NCBI GenBank assembly: GCA_049976425.1
Contig: JBMFIG010000001.1
Location: forward strand, 160,001-224,000
Reading direction: 5' to 3'
Origin: Thermoproteus sp.
GTDB lineage: Archaea > Thermoproteota > Thermoprotei > Thermoproteales > Thermoproteaceae
Length of the DNA: 64,000 bases
In this document: piece after piece, positions 27,920-37,968 of the stretch
Layout: each line of letters begins with the position of its first letter
Numbering within the stretch: position 1 is the first letter of the stretch
Program-made: the position numbers and the translations under genes
Notes under the pieces: model-generated
What the model was told of the DNA's origin: nothing
What the model saw: the letters and a program-made list of their open reading frames with translations, nothing else
The model's database searches: none

Positions 27920-29272
27920 GTGTTGCCGGCTAGATTAGTGGTCATGTTGAAGGGCTTGACGTTTCTATTTAGGGGATACAGGGACTTCCTCGAGGGGTAT
28001 CCCATAGGCGAGATCTCCTTCAGGGCATTAAAGGGCAAAGATGCTGTATATCCCTTCGGCTTGATAGCGTCGTACGGCTCGGCGGTTTTAGGCTCCGGTA
28101 TCTACGATAAGGGTTGCCCCCGTTTCAAGACGCTCGACTCCGTCGTGTTGATGCCGCCGGCCTTCACGCCTAAGAGGCTCGAGAAGGTGGCCGAGCTTCT
28201 AAGGGAACCGAGCTTCATGGACGTCAAAACAGACGCCGACTTGGGAGGCTTCCGCTCTTCGTTGCCGGTGGTCGTGGGCTCCATGGGGTCCACCCACATA
28301 GCCAGCAAGACCGCTCTCGAGATAGCTCGAGCCGCCGCCAAGTTCGGCGTCGTTTACGGGATAGGCGAAAACGTGGCGACGGTTAGGGGATACTCGGAAA
28401 GGCTCACTAAGGGACATCCGTCGTTCAAGGAGAGGTTGCTCGCCTACTTGACCAACGTAGATAAGGCCGGCGGCGTGATCATCCAACAGAGCGTGGAGGA
28501 TGCATACGACGAGCTGTGGAACAAGGTCTACAGCGATAAGGACGTCGAGCCGTATCTGGAGGAGGGAAAGATCGGCTTCGAGATAAAGATAGGCCAGGGG
28601 GCCAAGCCGGGGCTAGGCGGCGTGATAAAGATACCGAGGAGCCAGGCGGAGAGGCTCAGAGCCAAATATAAATTCGACGAGGCCGAGCTGAGGAAGAAAT
28701 ATATAACTAGGTACTCCGTCCCCGGCACCTTCACCGCCGAGATCCTAGCCGGCACCATACGGTTTATGAAAACCGCGTATCCTAGGGCGAAGATATGGAT
28801 AAAGCTGGGGCCGTTTAGGGACGCGCTCGACGTGATCAGGATAGCCGCAGAGGAGGGAGCCGACGCCGTCGTGATAGACGGCAAGGAGGGCGGGACGGGC
28901 ATGGCCCCCACGGCGGCTATGAAGGATCTCGGCTATCCGACCCTGGTGGGGCTTAAGGCCATCAAGAAGGCGCGGGAGGAGGGCCACAAGATATCGTTGT
29001 TGATAGCCGGCAGGCTCTACGACGGAGGCCACGTGGTGAAGAGCCTCGCGCTGGGGGCCTCCGGGGTGTACATGGCGAGGCCCTTCCTCATAGCCGCGCT
29101 AGCCCGCGGCGAGAAGGGCGTGGGGAACTACCTGGAGTCCCTCAAGGTTGAGGTGCAGATGTTGGTGTCGGCTTTGGGCAAATACGACGTGCTCGACGTA
29201 GGTCCGGAAGACGTAGCCGCCCTGGATAAGGACGTCGCCGAGATGCTAGGCATACCGTATGTATACAGATAG
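27920..29272 (+). CDS. Glutamate synthase FMN-binding domain protein (paralog lacking the Cys cluster)
   Basis: EIKIGQGAKPGLGG and IDGKEGGTG motifs; no CxxCxxC seen. Confidence 0.85.
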   Translation: MLPARLVVMLKGLTFLFRGYRDFLEGYPIGEISFRALKGKDAVYPFGLIASYGSAVLGSGIYDKGCPRFKTLDSVVLMPPAFTPKRLEKVAELLREPSFMDVKTDADLGGFRSSLPVVVGSMGSTHIASKTALEIARAAAKFGVVYGIGENVATVRGYSERLTKGHPSFKERLLAYLTNVDKAGGVIIQQSVEDAYDELWNKVYSDKDVEPYLEEGKIGFEIKIGQGAKPGLGGVIKIPRSQAERLRAKYKFDEAELRKKYITRYSVPGTFTAEILAGTIRFMKTAYPRAKIWIKLGPFRDALDVIRIAAEEGADAVVIDGKEGGTGMAPTAAMKDLGYPTLVGLKAIKKAREEGHKISLLIAGRLYDGGHVVKSLALGASGVYMARPFLIAALARGEKGVGNYLESLKVEVQMLVSALGKYDVLDVGPEDVAALDKDVAEMLGIPYVYR

Positions 29273-29357
29273 CGACGTCAGACTTGCTAGGGCAGATCTG
29301 CGTAGCCGCACGCCTCGATACACACCGGCCTACTCTCCCGGAGATTGCGCGGCCGGC

Positions 29358-29651
29358 CTAGCCTAGCTTTTCCAGATTGTCTATAGCCTCGGCGTAGCCG
29401 CTACGCCTCAGCTCGTCTAGATCTCTCTTGTCGTACTTATGCACAACATCGCCTTTCTTCGGGTCGAAGTCCCAGACGGCGACCACGACGTAGTCGCCCG
29501 GTTTTAGCCAGAGCCTTTTCCTATATCGTCCGGGTATCCTCGTCACCCTCGTCTCGCCGTCTTGGCAGATAACCTTGACTCTGTTATCGCCAAGGAGCTC
29601 CAACACCTTGCACAGGATCTCCCCTTCGCCGGGCACTCTAAACTCCGACAC
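29358..29651 (-). CDS. eif1a: Translation initiation factor aIF-1A
   Basis: LLGDNR, RIPGR and KGDVVHKY motifs. Confidence 0.93.
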   Translation of the reverse strand: MSEFRVPGEGEILCKVLELLGDNRVKVICQDGETRVTRIPGRYRKRLWLKPGDYVVVAVWDFDPKKGDVVHKYDKRDLDELRRSGYAEAIDNLEKLG

Positions 29652-29678
29652 GACAAGGCCTAAGTGGCTTGCTTATAT

Positions 29679-30119
29679 CTATTGTTGTCTCGACGCCAGA
29701 CAAGACCCCAGCATCTTCACCATGGACACGATGTAGCCGAGCCCTCTCTGAACGTCGGGGTCTTGAAGGGCTTGGAGGAGGCCGTAGATGCCTATCGGCC
29801 TCGACGCGCCGGCGCCCGACATGGCTTTGGAAATACAGGCGATGCCCTCGGTGTTCGAGGCCGCTACAGATGCCGCCGACGCCAGCTCCATGAGCTTCGC
29901 GAACTTCTCGGCGAAGTCTCTGCTGGTTATTAAATCGGCTGAGAGGGCCTTAGCCGCCGCGATGCCGGCCGCCAGAAGCTCGAGCACGCCGGAGTTCCTC
30001 AACTCGGATAGGAAGATCACCAGGTCCTTGACGGCGTCTATATTCTCGAGGAGGACTGCCAGCGCCTCTTGTTTCTGCGGATCGGCGAGGGCCTTGAATA
30101 TCCGCTCCTCGGAGCTCAT
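29679..30119 (-). CDS. DUF1641-like protein
   Basis: C-terminal IGIYGLLQALQDPDVQRGLG. Confidence 0.8.
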   Translation of the reverse strand: MSSEERIFKALADPQKQEALAVLLENIDAVKDLVIFLSELRNSGVLELLAAGIAAAKALSADLITSRDFAEKFAKLMELASAASVAASNTEGIACISKAMSGAGASRPIGIYGLLQALQDPDVQRGLGYIVSMVKMLGSCLASRQQ

Positions 30120-30180
30120 GGCATGGCGGGGAGGGCCACTATTTAAGTCCTCCCTACGGTTGGCGGCGAAATCGACGACG

Positions 30181-30516
30181 CTAGGAGCAACCCCCGGGTC
30201 TAGGGACTCCCGCCACTCTGCATAAGCCCTCGGCGGGGCCCGAAGGAAAGAGCCTATACAGATCCTCGAAGGTCATCCCGAGATCTCTGAGTAGTCTGCT
30301 CACCGGCGGGCACTCGCCGTGTTTCTCCCAGTAGGACCTGACGTATTCGACCGCGCGCCAGTGCTCCGCGGTCAGGCTTATGCCTTCTAGATTCTCGGCG
30401 ATCCATCTAGCCACCTCCCTATCCCAATTGGAGGGGTCCTCCAGATAGCAGTCCTCGTCAAGCTTCACGTCCTTGTCGGCGATCTTATACGTCCCTGGGC
30501 ACCGCACGTCGGTCAT
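30181..30516 (-). CDS. dsrC: DsrC/TusE family sulfur carrier
   Basis: LTAEHW and LFPSGP motifs; C-terminal CRVAGVPRPGGC retains both conserved Cys. Confidence 0.88.
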   Translation of the reverse strand: MTDVRCPGTYKIADKDVKLDEDCYLEDPSNWDREVARWIAENLEGISLTAEHWRAVEYVRSYWEKHGECPPVSRLLRDLGMTFEDLYRLFPSGPAEGLCRVAGVPRPGGCS

Positions 30517-31076
30517 ATGTAGTCCCTCGCCGCTATGTCCTGTCCGCATTTCTGTAGGCACTCCTCACCTATTAATCCTATCAATGCCTCAAAGGCCCTC
30601 TTGAAGAACTTGTTGAGGACGGCCCTATTCCTCGCGTTGAGCTCCCCCGCCAGGTATCTCGTATATAGGACGTAGGCGGACATAACGGCGTCGTTGACCG
30701 GCGTGCCGGGCCTATAGTTCTTGAGAAATATATCGGCGAGCTCCAGAACCTCCTCGTCGGAGAAGTCCTTGAGATTCCACCGGTCGCGGAGCTTGTCGGC
30801 CGCCATCCGCGGGCTCAACGCCTCGTACGCCATCAGAGCCAAGATGCCCTTAGGCAATACGTAGTACAGTTTCCTGCCGTTTCCCGGCTCGCAGAAGTAC
30901 GCCACCAGCTCCTCCCGCTCGAAGCTCTCCAGCTTCTTGTAGACGTAGGAGAAGTGCATCTTGTTGTCTATGGCGACTTTATACGCCGTAGTGGGCTCGC
31001 TCGTGATTATGCCAAGCAATATCCTCAGCTCCTTCTCGTCCAACTTCACGTCCAGCCTTTCCAGGAGGGCGTTCAT
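30513..31076 (-). CDS. Winged-helix transcriptional regulator
   Basis: TAYKVA...FSYVYKKLESF HTH, followed by RKLYY..PKG wing. Confidence 0.7.
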   Translation of the reverse strand: MNALLERLDVKLDEKELRILLGIITSEPTTAYKVAIDNKMHFSYVYKKLESFEREELVAYFCEPGNGRKLYYVLPKGILALMAYEALSPRMAADKLRDRWNLKDFSDEEVLELADIFLKNYRPGTPVNDAVMSAYVLYTRYLAGELNARNRAVLNKFFKRAFEALIGLIGEECLQKCGQDIAARDYI

Positions 31077-31501
31077 GCCTCCCTCGACAGGAAGTCGGCG
31101 AGCGCCTCGTACGACCTCCTGTACCTATCCACATCTATGTCGACGATCCAAGAACAACAGAGGCGGATGCCGGACCACTCGGCCATGTAGACCCTCTCGT
31201 CGTATATCCCCATCACCACGTATTTCCTCTCGTCCTCGTAGAGCTCCACGTAGGGAGGCTTCAAGGTCTTGAAGACGCTTTGTTGGATAGTCTGGGGGTG
31301 CGCGAAGGTCCTCAAGGCGTCCGCCAGGCCGCCTATATCTAGGCATCTGTATCCGCCCTCCAGCTCCAACACGGCGACGGATCCGCTGAGGAACAGCCCG
31401 TTGGCCAGCTCGAGATCTAGGGAATTCGGCGAGCAGACATAGCCTCTAGAGCCTACGAGTGCCTGGAGCCTGTCCAGCACGTGCTGGATGGACACAAACA
31501 C
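31073..31501 (-). CDS. Hypothetical protein
   Basis: First gene of a translationally coupled three-gene unit ending in dsrC. Confidence 0.6.
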   Translation of the reverse strand: MFVSIQHVLDRLQALVGSRGYVCSPNSLDLELANGLFLSGSVAVLELEGGYRCLDIGGLADALRTFAHPQTIQQSVFKTLKPPYVELYEDERKYVVMGIYDERVYMAEWSGIRLCCSWIVDIDVDRYRRSYEALADFLSREA

Positions 31502-31545
31502 TTGCTCGACCTCGCACCTCTTTTAAAAGCGTCGCCCGGCGATCG

Positions 31546-33996
31546 TCAGGCAGGTGATGGCGGCGTCCTCCCCGACCTCCGCCTTCTGAGATATACGGCC
31601 GCGCCCACTATCACTATAAGCAAGGCGGCGGCGAGCGGCCCCACCTCCAGCAGATTTATCGAGGACCTAACGGATATGGGTATCTGGATCGTCTCCACGA
31701 CGGGCGCCAGGGCCCCCGTCTCGTTCCACTCGAGCACAAGGGTAGCGTAGTAGACCCCGTCGGGGACGTTGCTGGACACGTCTATTAGGTACGTCGTGGT
31801 GACGCTTTGGCCCGGATATATATCGCCGAGGAACCTCATGCTGGATTCTAGGAGATTGGCCGTAGGCGTCGCAGAGCTCGGCGTGTGTATCTGGAAGACC
31901 TGGTTGGGAGTCCACTGCAACGTGACCATCTTGGCCGGGACGGGACCCTTGTTGACCACGGTTATGGTCACCACGGCGGTAGATCCAGGCTGTGCGTTGG
32001 ACACGTTGTAGTACACCTTAAGTTCCGCCTTCGGCAACACGGTCAGCGGAGCGGCGGAAGAGGCCTCGCCGCCTATCCAGCTAACAGAGACCTTCGCCGT
32101 CCACTGGCCGGGCCCCAAGGCGCTCGCGTTTATCAGGAAAGGTATCTGTATTGGCTGTCCAGGCGGCAACACGCCCACATTCACGGTGGAGTTCCCCACG
32201 ACGGGGACGCCCGAGATAGATATAGAGGCCCCGCGCGCCGGGACGAGCCCGGTGTTGACGACGGACACGACGGCCTTGATATAGGGCACCAGACCGCCGG
32301 CGATCACGACGGGCGGCTCCATGGCCACGCCTTGTATGATCACGGTGGCCGGCTCGACGTGTATGTACGAGACGTATACAGACCCGTCGACGGACACGTA
32401 TACGGGATAGTCGCCAGGCGTGGCGTTCCCCGGCACCTTCAAGACGCTTGTGAGAGTCACGGGGTTGCCCGACGGCAGGACGGGGAGGTAGTACGACGCG
32501 CCCTCCAGTACCGCGAGGGGCGTCGAGATGTTTACAGAGACTCCGCGCATCTGCGCATCGCTTGTGATGACGATGTTGAGGGCGACCACGGCGCCGGGAT
32601 ATGCGGTCGGCGGATTCGCGGCGATGGCGATCCCGAAATTCGGCCGCCGCACGTCGACGTGGTATTCGTAGGTGTAGCCGCCTGCAGAGACGGTTAGGGG
32701 ATATAAGCCCGGGGCCGCGTCCTTGGGCACCTCCACCAATGCGGTCAAAGTGACGGGCGATCCCGGCGCCATGCCCGGCAGGTTGTAGACGCCGCCCTCC
32801 AGCACCTCGAGCTTGTCGGAGTTTATATATACGGTGAGGGGACCTACCGGCTGGTTTGTCGCCAGCGTCACTGTGAGCTGGACAATGGAGCCGGGATAGG
32901 CCCAAGGCGGGTTCTGGACGACGTTTATAGCTAAGTTGGGGGCCGGCACGTACAAACTCGCGTTCTCGACGGTGCATATATTCGTGTAGTAGCAGATCTC
33001 GAACGAGGCCGTTATGGTGCCGTATCTGTTAATTATAGCCTCAACTGGTATCTGTATCGAGGTCAGTAGCGGTAGCTTTATGGGGCGCGATATGAACGAG
33101 ATATCGCTTGTGTTGAGCGGCGTCACGGTCACGTTGGTCGGCTGTGCCAGCCCGCCTGCTGAGATAGAGACGAGCAGAGTCGTCGGGAGGCCCGGCACGA
33201 TGGAGCCCTGCGGTATCAAGCCTACGTTGAAGCTGACCGGCTGGGCTACGGCAACCGTGAAGTTCTTGGAGAAGGAGACAGTGGCATTGTTGGCCGTATC
33301 TAAATACGTCACGTTGAGGACGGCGGTATAGCTCCCGGGCTGGAGGCCCCTCTCGACGACGGCAGGTATGACGCAGGTCGAGTTCGACTCCGGCGGCACA
33401 TAGGCGGAGCAGGTCAAAGAGGCGTTGGAGAACTGCGTGAAGGGCCCTCCGACCAACCTAGCAGAGGCCTTGACGACGTCCACGGTGGGGTTTATGAAAA
33501 GTATTGGTATCTCGACCACCTGGCCGGGCGCCAGAAGGCCCCTCACTATGGGCACCACCAGCGCGTCGTAGCTGAGCGGCGAGACTTGCACGTAGTAGGT
33601 GGAGCTCTCGAACTGGAAGTTGTTGATCGGGTTCACCAGGCCCACGGTCACTCCATAGTTGCCCGGCGCCGTCCCGAACGGCACCTTGACCACCGCCGTG
33701 AGCGTCACGGGAGTCCCGGGCGCAAGGCCCGCTAGGTGGTAGGAGCCGCCTGTCAATACGGAAAGGCTAGGCGACGTGATGTAGACGTCGAGAGGCCCCA
33801 CGACTGCGGTAGACGTGAGCACTACGGTGAGCTGCACGACAGTTCCTGGATAGGCCACTGGAGGATTCTGCAAGACGGTTATGCCTATATAGGGCGGTTG
33901 TGTCGGCGGTTGCGGCGTCTTGGAGGGGACTATCTGGGAGTGGGCAAGATAGGCCAAGGCCAGGAAGGCCGCTAGAAGTATTACAAGCCTTTTCAT
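31546..33996 (-). CDS. COG1361-like S-layer domain surface protein with internal repeats
   Basis: Signal peptide, three clear NPP.AYPG...PG.Y repeats, C-terminal TM plus RRRR. Confidence 0.8.
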   Translation of the reverse strand: MKRLVILLAAFLALAYLAHSQIVPSKTPQPPTQPPYIGITVLQNPPVAYPGTVVQLTVVLTSTAVVGPLDVYITSPSLSVLTGGSYHLAGLAPGTPVTLTAVVKVPFGTAPGNYGVTVGLVNPINNFQFESSTYYVQVSPLSYDALVVPIVRGLLAPGQVVEIPILFINPTVDVVKASARLVGGPFTQFSNASLTCSAYVPPESNSTCVIPAVVERGLQPGSYTAVLNVTYLDTANNATVSFSKNFTVAVAQPVSFNVGLIPQGSIVPGLPTTLLVSISAGGLAQPTNVTVTPLNTSDISFISRPIKLPLLTSIQIPVEAIINRYGTITASFEICYYTNICTVENASLYVPAPNLAINVVQNPPWAYPGSIVQLTVTLATNQPVGPLTVYINSDKLEVLEGGVYNLPGMAPGSPVTLTALVEVPKDAAPGLYPLTVSAGGYTYEYHVDVRRPNFGIAIAANPPTAYPGAVVALNIVITSDAQMRGVSVNISTPLAVLEGASYYLPVLPSGNPVTLTSVLKVPGNATPGDYPVYVSVDGSVYVSYIHVEPATVIIQGVAMEPPVVIAGGLVPYIKAVVSVVNTGLVPARGASISISGVPVVGNSTVNVGVLPPGQPIQIPFLINASALGPGQWTAKVSVSWIGGEASSAAPLTVLPKAELKVYYNVSNAQPGSTAVVTITVVNKGPVPAKMVTLQWTPNQVFQIHTPSSATPTANLLESSMRFLGDIYPGQSVTTTYLIDVSSNVPDGVYYATLVLEWNETGALAPVVETIQIPISVRSSINLLEVGPLAAALLIVIVGAAVYLRRRRSGRTPPSPA

Positions 33997-34028
33997 GGCC
34001 CTCCAGATATATCGGTATATATAAGCTT

Positions 34029-34499
34029 TTATCTGCTCAGCCTCCGCGAGACCTTGTCGGAGAAGTCGGAGAGAACCTTGGCCAGCTCCTCGAGCCTCGC
34101 CCTATCCGCGCTGTCGAGCTCGTCGAAGATCTCGGACAAGAACCTTATCTCCTCCACGATGGAGGCCAGTATATCGACCTTCTCCTCGTCTTGCCGGCGC
34201 AGATACGAGAGGAGTTGGTTGAACGCCGGATCCTTCATATAGTTCTCCAACATGCGCCTCCCCTCGTCGGTCATCCTGTATATCTTCTTCCTCTTCCTGC
34301 CGACGTACTGCTCCTCTGAGCGTATGTAGCCCTCCTCCTCCAAATACCGGAGTAGCGGATAGATGGTGCCCGGCGACGGCCTTATCTTTCCGCCGAACGA
34401 GCCCTCGATGGCCTTAATTATCTCGTAGCCGCTTAGAGGGCCCGAAGATAATAGGTAGAGGACGATCGCCTTATAGTAGCCGCGCCATTTCGGATACAT
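34029..34499 (-). CDS. PadR family transcriptional regulator
   Basis: SGYEI, PSPGTIYP.L and RKKIY.MT..G motifs. Confidence 0.9.
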   Translation of the reverse strand: MYPKWRGYYKAIVLYLLSSGPLSGYEIIKAIEGSFGGKIRPSPGTIYPLLRYLEEEGYIRSEEQYVGRKRKKIYRMTDEGRRMLENYMKDPAFNQLLSYLRRQDEEKVDILASIVEEIRFLSEIFDELDSADRARLEELAKVLSDFSDKVSRRLSR

Positions 34500-34511
34500 C
34501 GTTTTACAAAG

Positions 34512-34527
34512 TTTATTCCGGAATAAA
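34512..34527. promoter_or_regulatory. Perfect 16-bp palindrome TTTATTCCGGAATAAA upstream of padR
   Basis: Seen directly, 12 bp upstream of the padR start codon. Confidence 0.65.
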
Positions 34528-34603
34528 AACGTTTAGCTCTAGCCGGCTAAATAGACGTTATATATATAGGCGAATGCTTTTATATAGGCTATATCGATAG
34601 GCC

Positions 34604-36268
34604 ATGTGCGGAATCCTCGGCCTTTACTCGCTCGACGGCGGCGAGATCCCGGCCAGCCTAGCTATTAGAGGCCTCGGCGTTATGAGGGAGCGCGGCACGC
34701 CACACGGAGCGGGCCTGGCCCTATACAGGCCCTCGGAGAGGCCTAGAGTAAAGGCGTTTGTCCGCGCCCCGATCGGCCCGAAATATATAAAGATCTCCGA
34801 TAATTTATATGATGTTGAGCTCGATGAATATATGGAAGTTGATGGATATATATATCTAAATAGTAAGTGGATCGACGTCTATAAAGTGGTCGGGTGGCCC
34901 GAGGACGTGGACAAGCTCTACGGCGTCGGCAATTTATCTAGCAGGGCGTGGATCGGCCACACCAGATACCCCACGAACAGTCCGGGGCGGTTGCCCTACT
35001 ATTCCCATCCCTTCACGGCAGGCGATGTGGCCATAGTCCACAACGGCGACTTGAGTAGCTATGGCGCCAACGTCAACTTCATAAAGTATAGGGCCCACGC
35101 CAAGTTCACCGGAAACGACAGCGAAGCCATAGCATACCTCCTGTCGTTTCTGGCTAAGGAGCTCGGCGTCGAGGAGGCCGTGAAGGAGCTGATGTACGGC
35201 AGACGCTATAGGTGGGCCCGGCTCGACGGGCCCTACGCCGTGGCCTTCATAGTAGGAGGTCCGAGGCCCATATTCGGCGCCTTCGTCGACACGCAACATT
35301 TCCGCCCGCTATACGTCGGCATTTCCGGCTCCCTGCTACTCGTGGCTTCCGAGGCGGCGGCGATAAAGGCGGTGGCGCCGAGGGCCAACGTGTGGGCCAT
35401 GAGAGGCGGCGAGTACATAATCGCGGAGGGCGATGAGGTGTACGGAAATTACAGGAAGAGATACGTCTATCCCGAATTACCTCCCGAGCCGCCAGACGCC
35501 ATAGACGCGAGCCTCTACGACGCCGTGTCCCTCGCGCGCGTCGTCAGGGAAGAGCTCGCCGGGCGGGGACAGGTGGACGTGGTCAACGTCAACGGCCATA
35601 GATATCTGGGCAACGGGATGTCCTCGGGCTATTTGAGGCTCTGGGGCGTGGTGGGGAACGCCTCTGCCAACGTGATGTCGGGGGGCCGGCTCGACGTGTA
35701 CGGCGATGTGCAGGACGACTTCGGCGACGCGATGAACGGAGGGACGGCGGTAATCTACGGCAATGCGGGGGATGCTCTGGGCCAGGCCAAGAGGGGCGGC
35801 GAGATATACGTATACGGCGACGCGGGGACCAGGGCGGCTATCCAGCATAGGGGAGGAGTGCTAATCATCGGCGGCTCCGCCGGCAAATATCTGGGCGAAT
35901 ACATGGGCGGCGGCACAGTGGTCGTCCTGCGCGCGACCAACGACGAGGAGGTAGGCGACATGATAGCTAGAGGCATGGTGGGCGGCGAGCTCTATATAAG
36001 AGGCGAGGTTCCGAGGGAATACGTGGAGGGCATGGACAGGAGATCGGTGGAGAGGTACGCCAGATCGTTGCTCCTCGACGGGATCATAGACGGAGACAAG
36101 TACGCCCGGCTGGTCGAGGAGTCCGGAGGCCTCTCGGTGGAGCAGAGGGAGCTCTCGGAGGAGGAGATAGCGAAGTTGGCCCCCTACATAGCTAGGTTCA
36201 ATTCACTATTCAATAAAAATATCAAACTCAGTAGAGAGGTTTTTACAATTATAAAGCCTAAAGCTTAA
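34604..36268 (+). CDS. Glutamate synthase amidotransferase domain fused to GXGXG domain
   Basis: N-terminal Cys (MCG), HTRYPT and HNGD motifs; C-terminal GXGXG repeats (YLGEYMGGG). Confidence 0.88.
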   Translation: MCGILGLYSLDGGEIPASLAIRGLGVMRERGTPHGAGLALYRPSERPRVKAFVRAPIGPKYIKISDNLYDVELDEYMEVDGYIYLNSKWIDVYKVVGWPEDVDKLYGVGNLSSRAWIGHTRYPTNSPGRLPYYSHPFTAGDVAIVHNGDLSSYGANVNFIKYRAHAKFTGNDSEAIAYLLSFLAKELGVEEAVKELMYGRRYRWARLDGPYAVAFIVGGPRPIFGAFVDTQHFRPLYVGISGSLLLVASEAAAIKAVAPRANVWAMRGGEYIIAEGDEVYGNYRKRYVYPELPPEPPDAIDASLYDAVSLARVVREELAGRGQVDVVNVNGHRYLGNGMSSGYLRLWGVVGNASANVMSGGRLDVYGDVQDDFGDAMNGGTAVIYGNAGDALGQAKRGGEIYVYGDAGTRAAIQHRGGVLIIGGSAGKYLGEYMGGGTVVVLRATNDEEVGDMIARGMVGGELYIRGEVPREYVEGMDRRSVERYARSLLLDGIIDGDKYARLVEESGGLSVEQRELSEEEIAKLAPYIARFNSLFNKNIKLSREVFTIIKPKA

Positions 36269-37706
36269 ACCTTACAGCGGCTCTGTCTATCGCCTCGAAT
36301 ATGGTTGGGTGTGCGTGGGCCAGTAGCGCTAGGTCCTTCACCCTCGCGTTGACCGCCACGGCGAGCGCGATCTCGTTTATGACCAACGAGGCCGCCTCGC
36401 CCACGACCTCCCCGCCGATTATCCTCTGGGAATCCCTTTCTATTATCAGCTTGACGTACCCCTCCCGGGCCTTGTAGATCTGGGCGTGGGCGTCGTCCTC
36501 GAGCGGGTACCTCACCGTGGTGTAGGGTATTCCCTTGGCCTTGGCCGCCTCCTCGTTTAGGCCTACCATGGCCGCCTCGGGCTCGCTGAACAAGGTTATC
36601 GGTATCGTGTTGAAGTTCACCTCGTATATGGGATGCCCGTGGAGGATGCTCCACGCAGCTATAGTGGACTCCTTGACCGCCGCGTGGAACAACATGTACT
36701 GCCCGGTGACGTCGCCGGCCGCGTAGACGTTGGGCTTCTTAGTCCTCATGGTAGAGTCGACTACAACCCTGCCGCGCTCGACTATGCCCAAGACGTCTAA
36801 GCCGTCGACGAACGGCTTTCTGCCCACCGCCATTATGACCTCCTCGCCCTTGACATACCCCTTCCCGTTTTGGGACTCGAACTCGACCACCTTCTCTCCG
36901 CCGTCTTGCCTAATGGCGGTGACCTTGGAGTTTGTCAGCACATCGACTCCGAGCTTCTTCAAGCTGTTCTCTACGTGCGAGACCACCTCGCCGCTCCATC
37001 CGCTTAAGATGCGCGGCAATATCTCCACTATGGTCGCCTTGACGCCCATGCGCGCCAGCATGAAGGCGACCTCAACGCCGATATACCCGCCGCCTACAAT
37101 CACCGCGCTCTTCGGGAGTTTCCTGTACTTCGTCTTGTACCCGAACAGCTCCATGCTACCTATGGCGAGCTCGGCGCCAGGTATGGGCAACTTGATAGGG
37201 ACGGAGCCCGTCGCTACGTGTAGCCATTTCGCCTCGACTTCCTTGGTCCAGCCGTCGCCGCGGATCTTCACCCTATGTTCGTCCACAACCGTGGCTATGC
37301 CTTTGACAAGCTCGAGGCCCGGGTGTTCCTTGACCTCCCTTATATGCTGTATATAGCGCACTTCTTGGACCCAGTCCTTGTGGTCTATCAAGTTTTCCCA
37401 AGCCAGCCTGACCTTCTCCACGTCGTTGTTGCCCACCGACAGGAGTATCTCCCTAAGCGTGTGGAGTAGGTGTATTCCAGCTCTAACGGATTTGCTGGGT
37501 ATACACCCCTCGTAGAGGCAGGAGCCGCCGAGGTTCCCCTTGTCGTCGATCATCAAGACGTTCAGGCCGCCTTTGCTCAGCTCGAAGGCGCCGTGGTAGC
37601 CGCCTCCGCCTGCGCCTATTATAACCACGTCGTATCTATCGCGTTTGGGTTCCCGCAGAAACTCGGGATCCGTAGGCGGGAATGTGGGGTATTTTCCGAG
37701 CTCCAT
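36258..37706 (-). CDS. Dihydrolipoamide dehydrogenase-like pyridine nucleotide-disulfide oxidoreductase
   Basis: GAGGGG, GGSCLYEGCIPSK, GGGYIG and HPT motifs. Confidence 0.88.
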   Translation of the reverse strand: MELGKYPTFPPTDPEFLREPKRDRYDVVIIGAGGGGYHGAFELSKGGLNVLMIDDKGNLGGSCLYEGCIPSKSVRAGIHLLHTLREILLSVGNNDVEKVRLAWENLIDHKDWVQEVRYIQHIREVKEHPGLELVKGIATVVDEHRVKIRGDGWTKEVEAKWLHVATGSVPIKLPIPGAELAIGSMELFGYKTKYRKLPKSAVIVGGGYIGVEVAFMLARMGVKATIVEILPRILSGWSGEVVSHVENSLKKLGVDVLTNSKVTAIRQDGGEKVVEFESQNGKGYVKGEEVIMAVGRKPFVDGLDVLGIVERGRVVVDSTMRTKKPNVYAAGDVTGQYMLFHAAVKESTIAAWSILHGHPIYEVNFNTIPITLFSEPEAAMVGLNEEAAKAKGIPYTTVRYPLEDDAHAQIYKAREGYVKLIIERDSQRIIGGEVVGEAASLVINEIALAVAVNARVKDLALLAHAHPTIFEAIDRAAVRFKL

Positions 37707-37968
37707 CACTGTCAAAATATTGACGTTATTTCAAAATGTTTTTTCAGCAATAGGCGAAATAAATGAAAGACATAAAGTGTAGAGAAAATCTCAATTAATT
37801 TTATGAAAATATAAATAATACCAAATAATAAATATAAAAATAATTTAAACTATAACGCTTATCATGTATATGAATATAAATGTATATTTGTAAAGAGAGT
37901 TTGAGCGTCGACTTGCAATAGCCGGGATGCCAATATAATGCTTATATACTCAATAGGGATGCTATATA

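Noticed and set aside
29273-29357. Possible sRNA between the glutamate synthase paralog and aIF-1A
   Set aside because: A CTGA is present on the minus strand but there is no box C or convincing stem.
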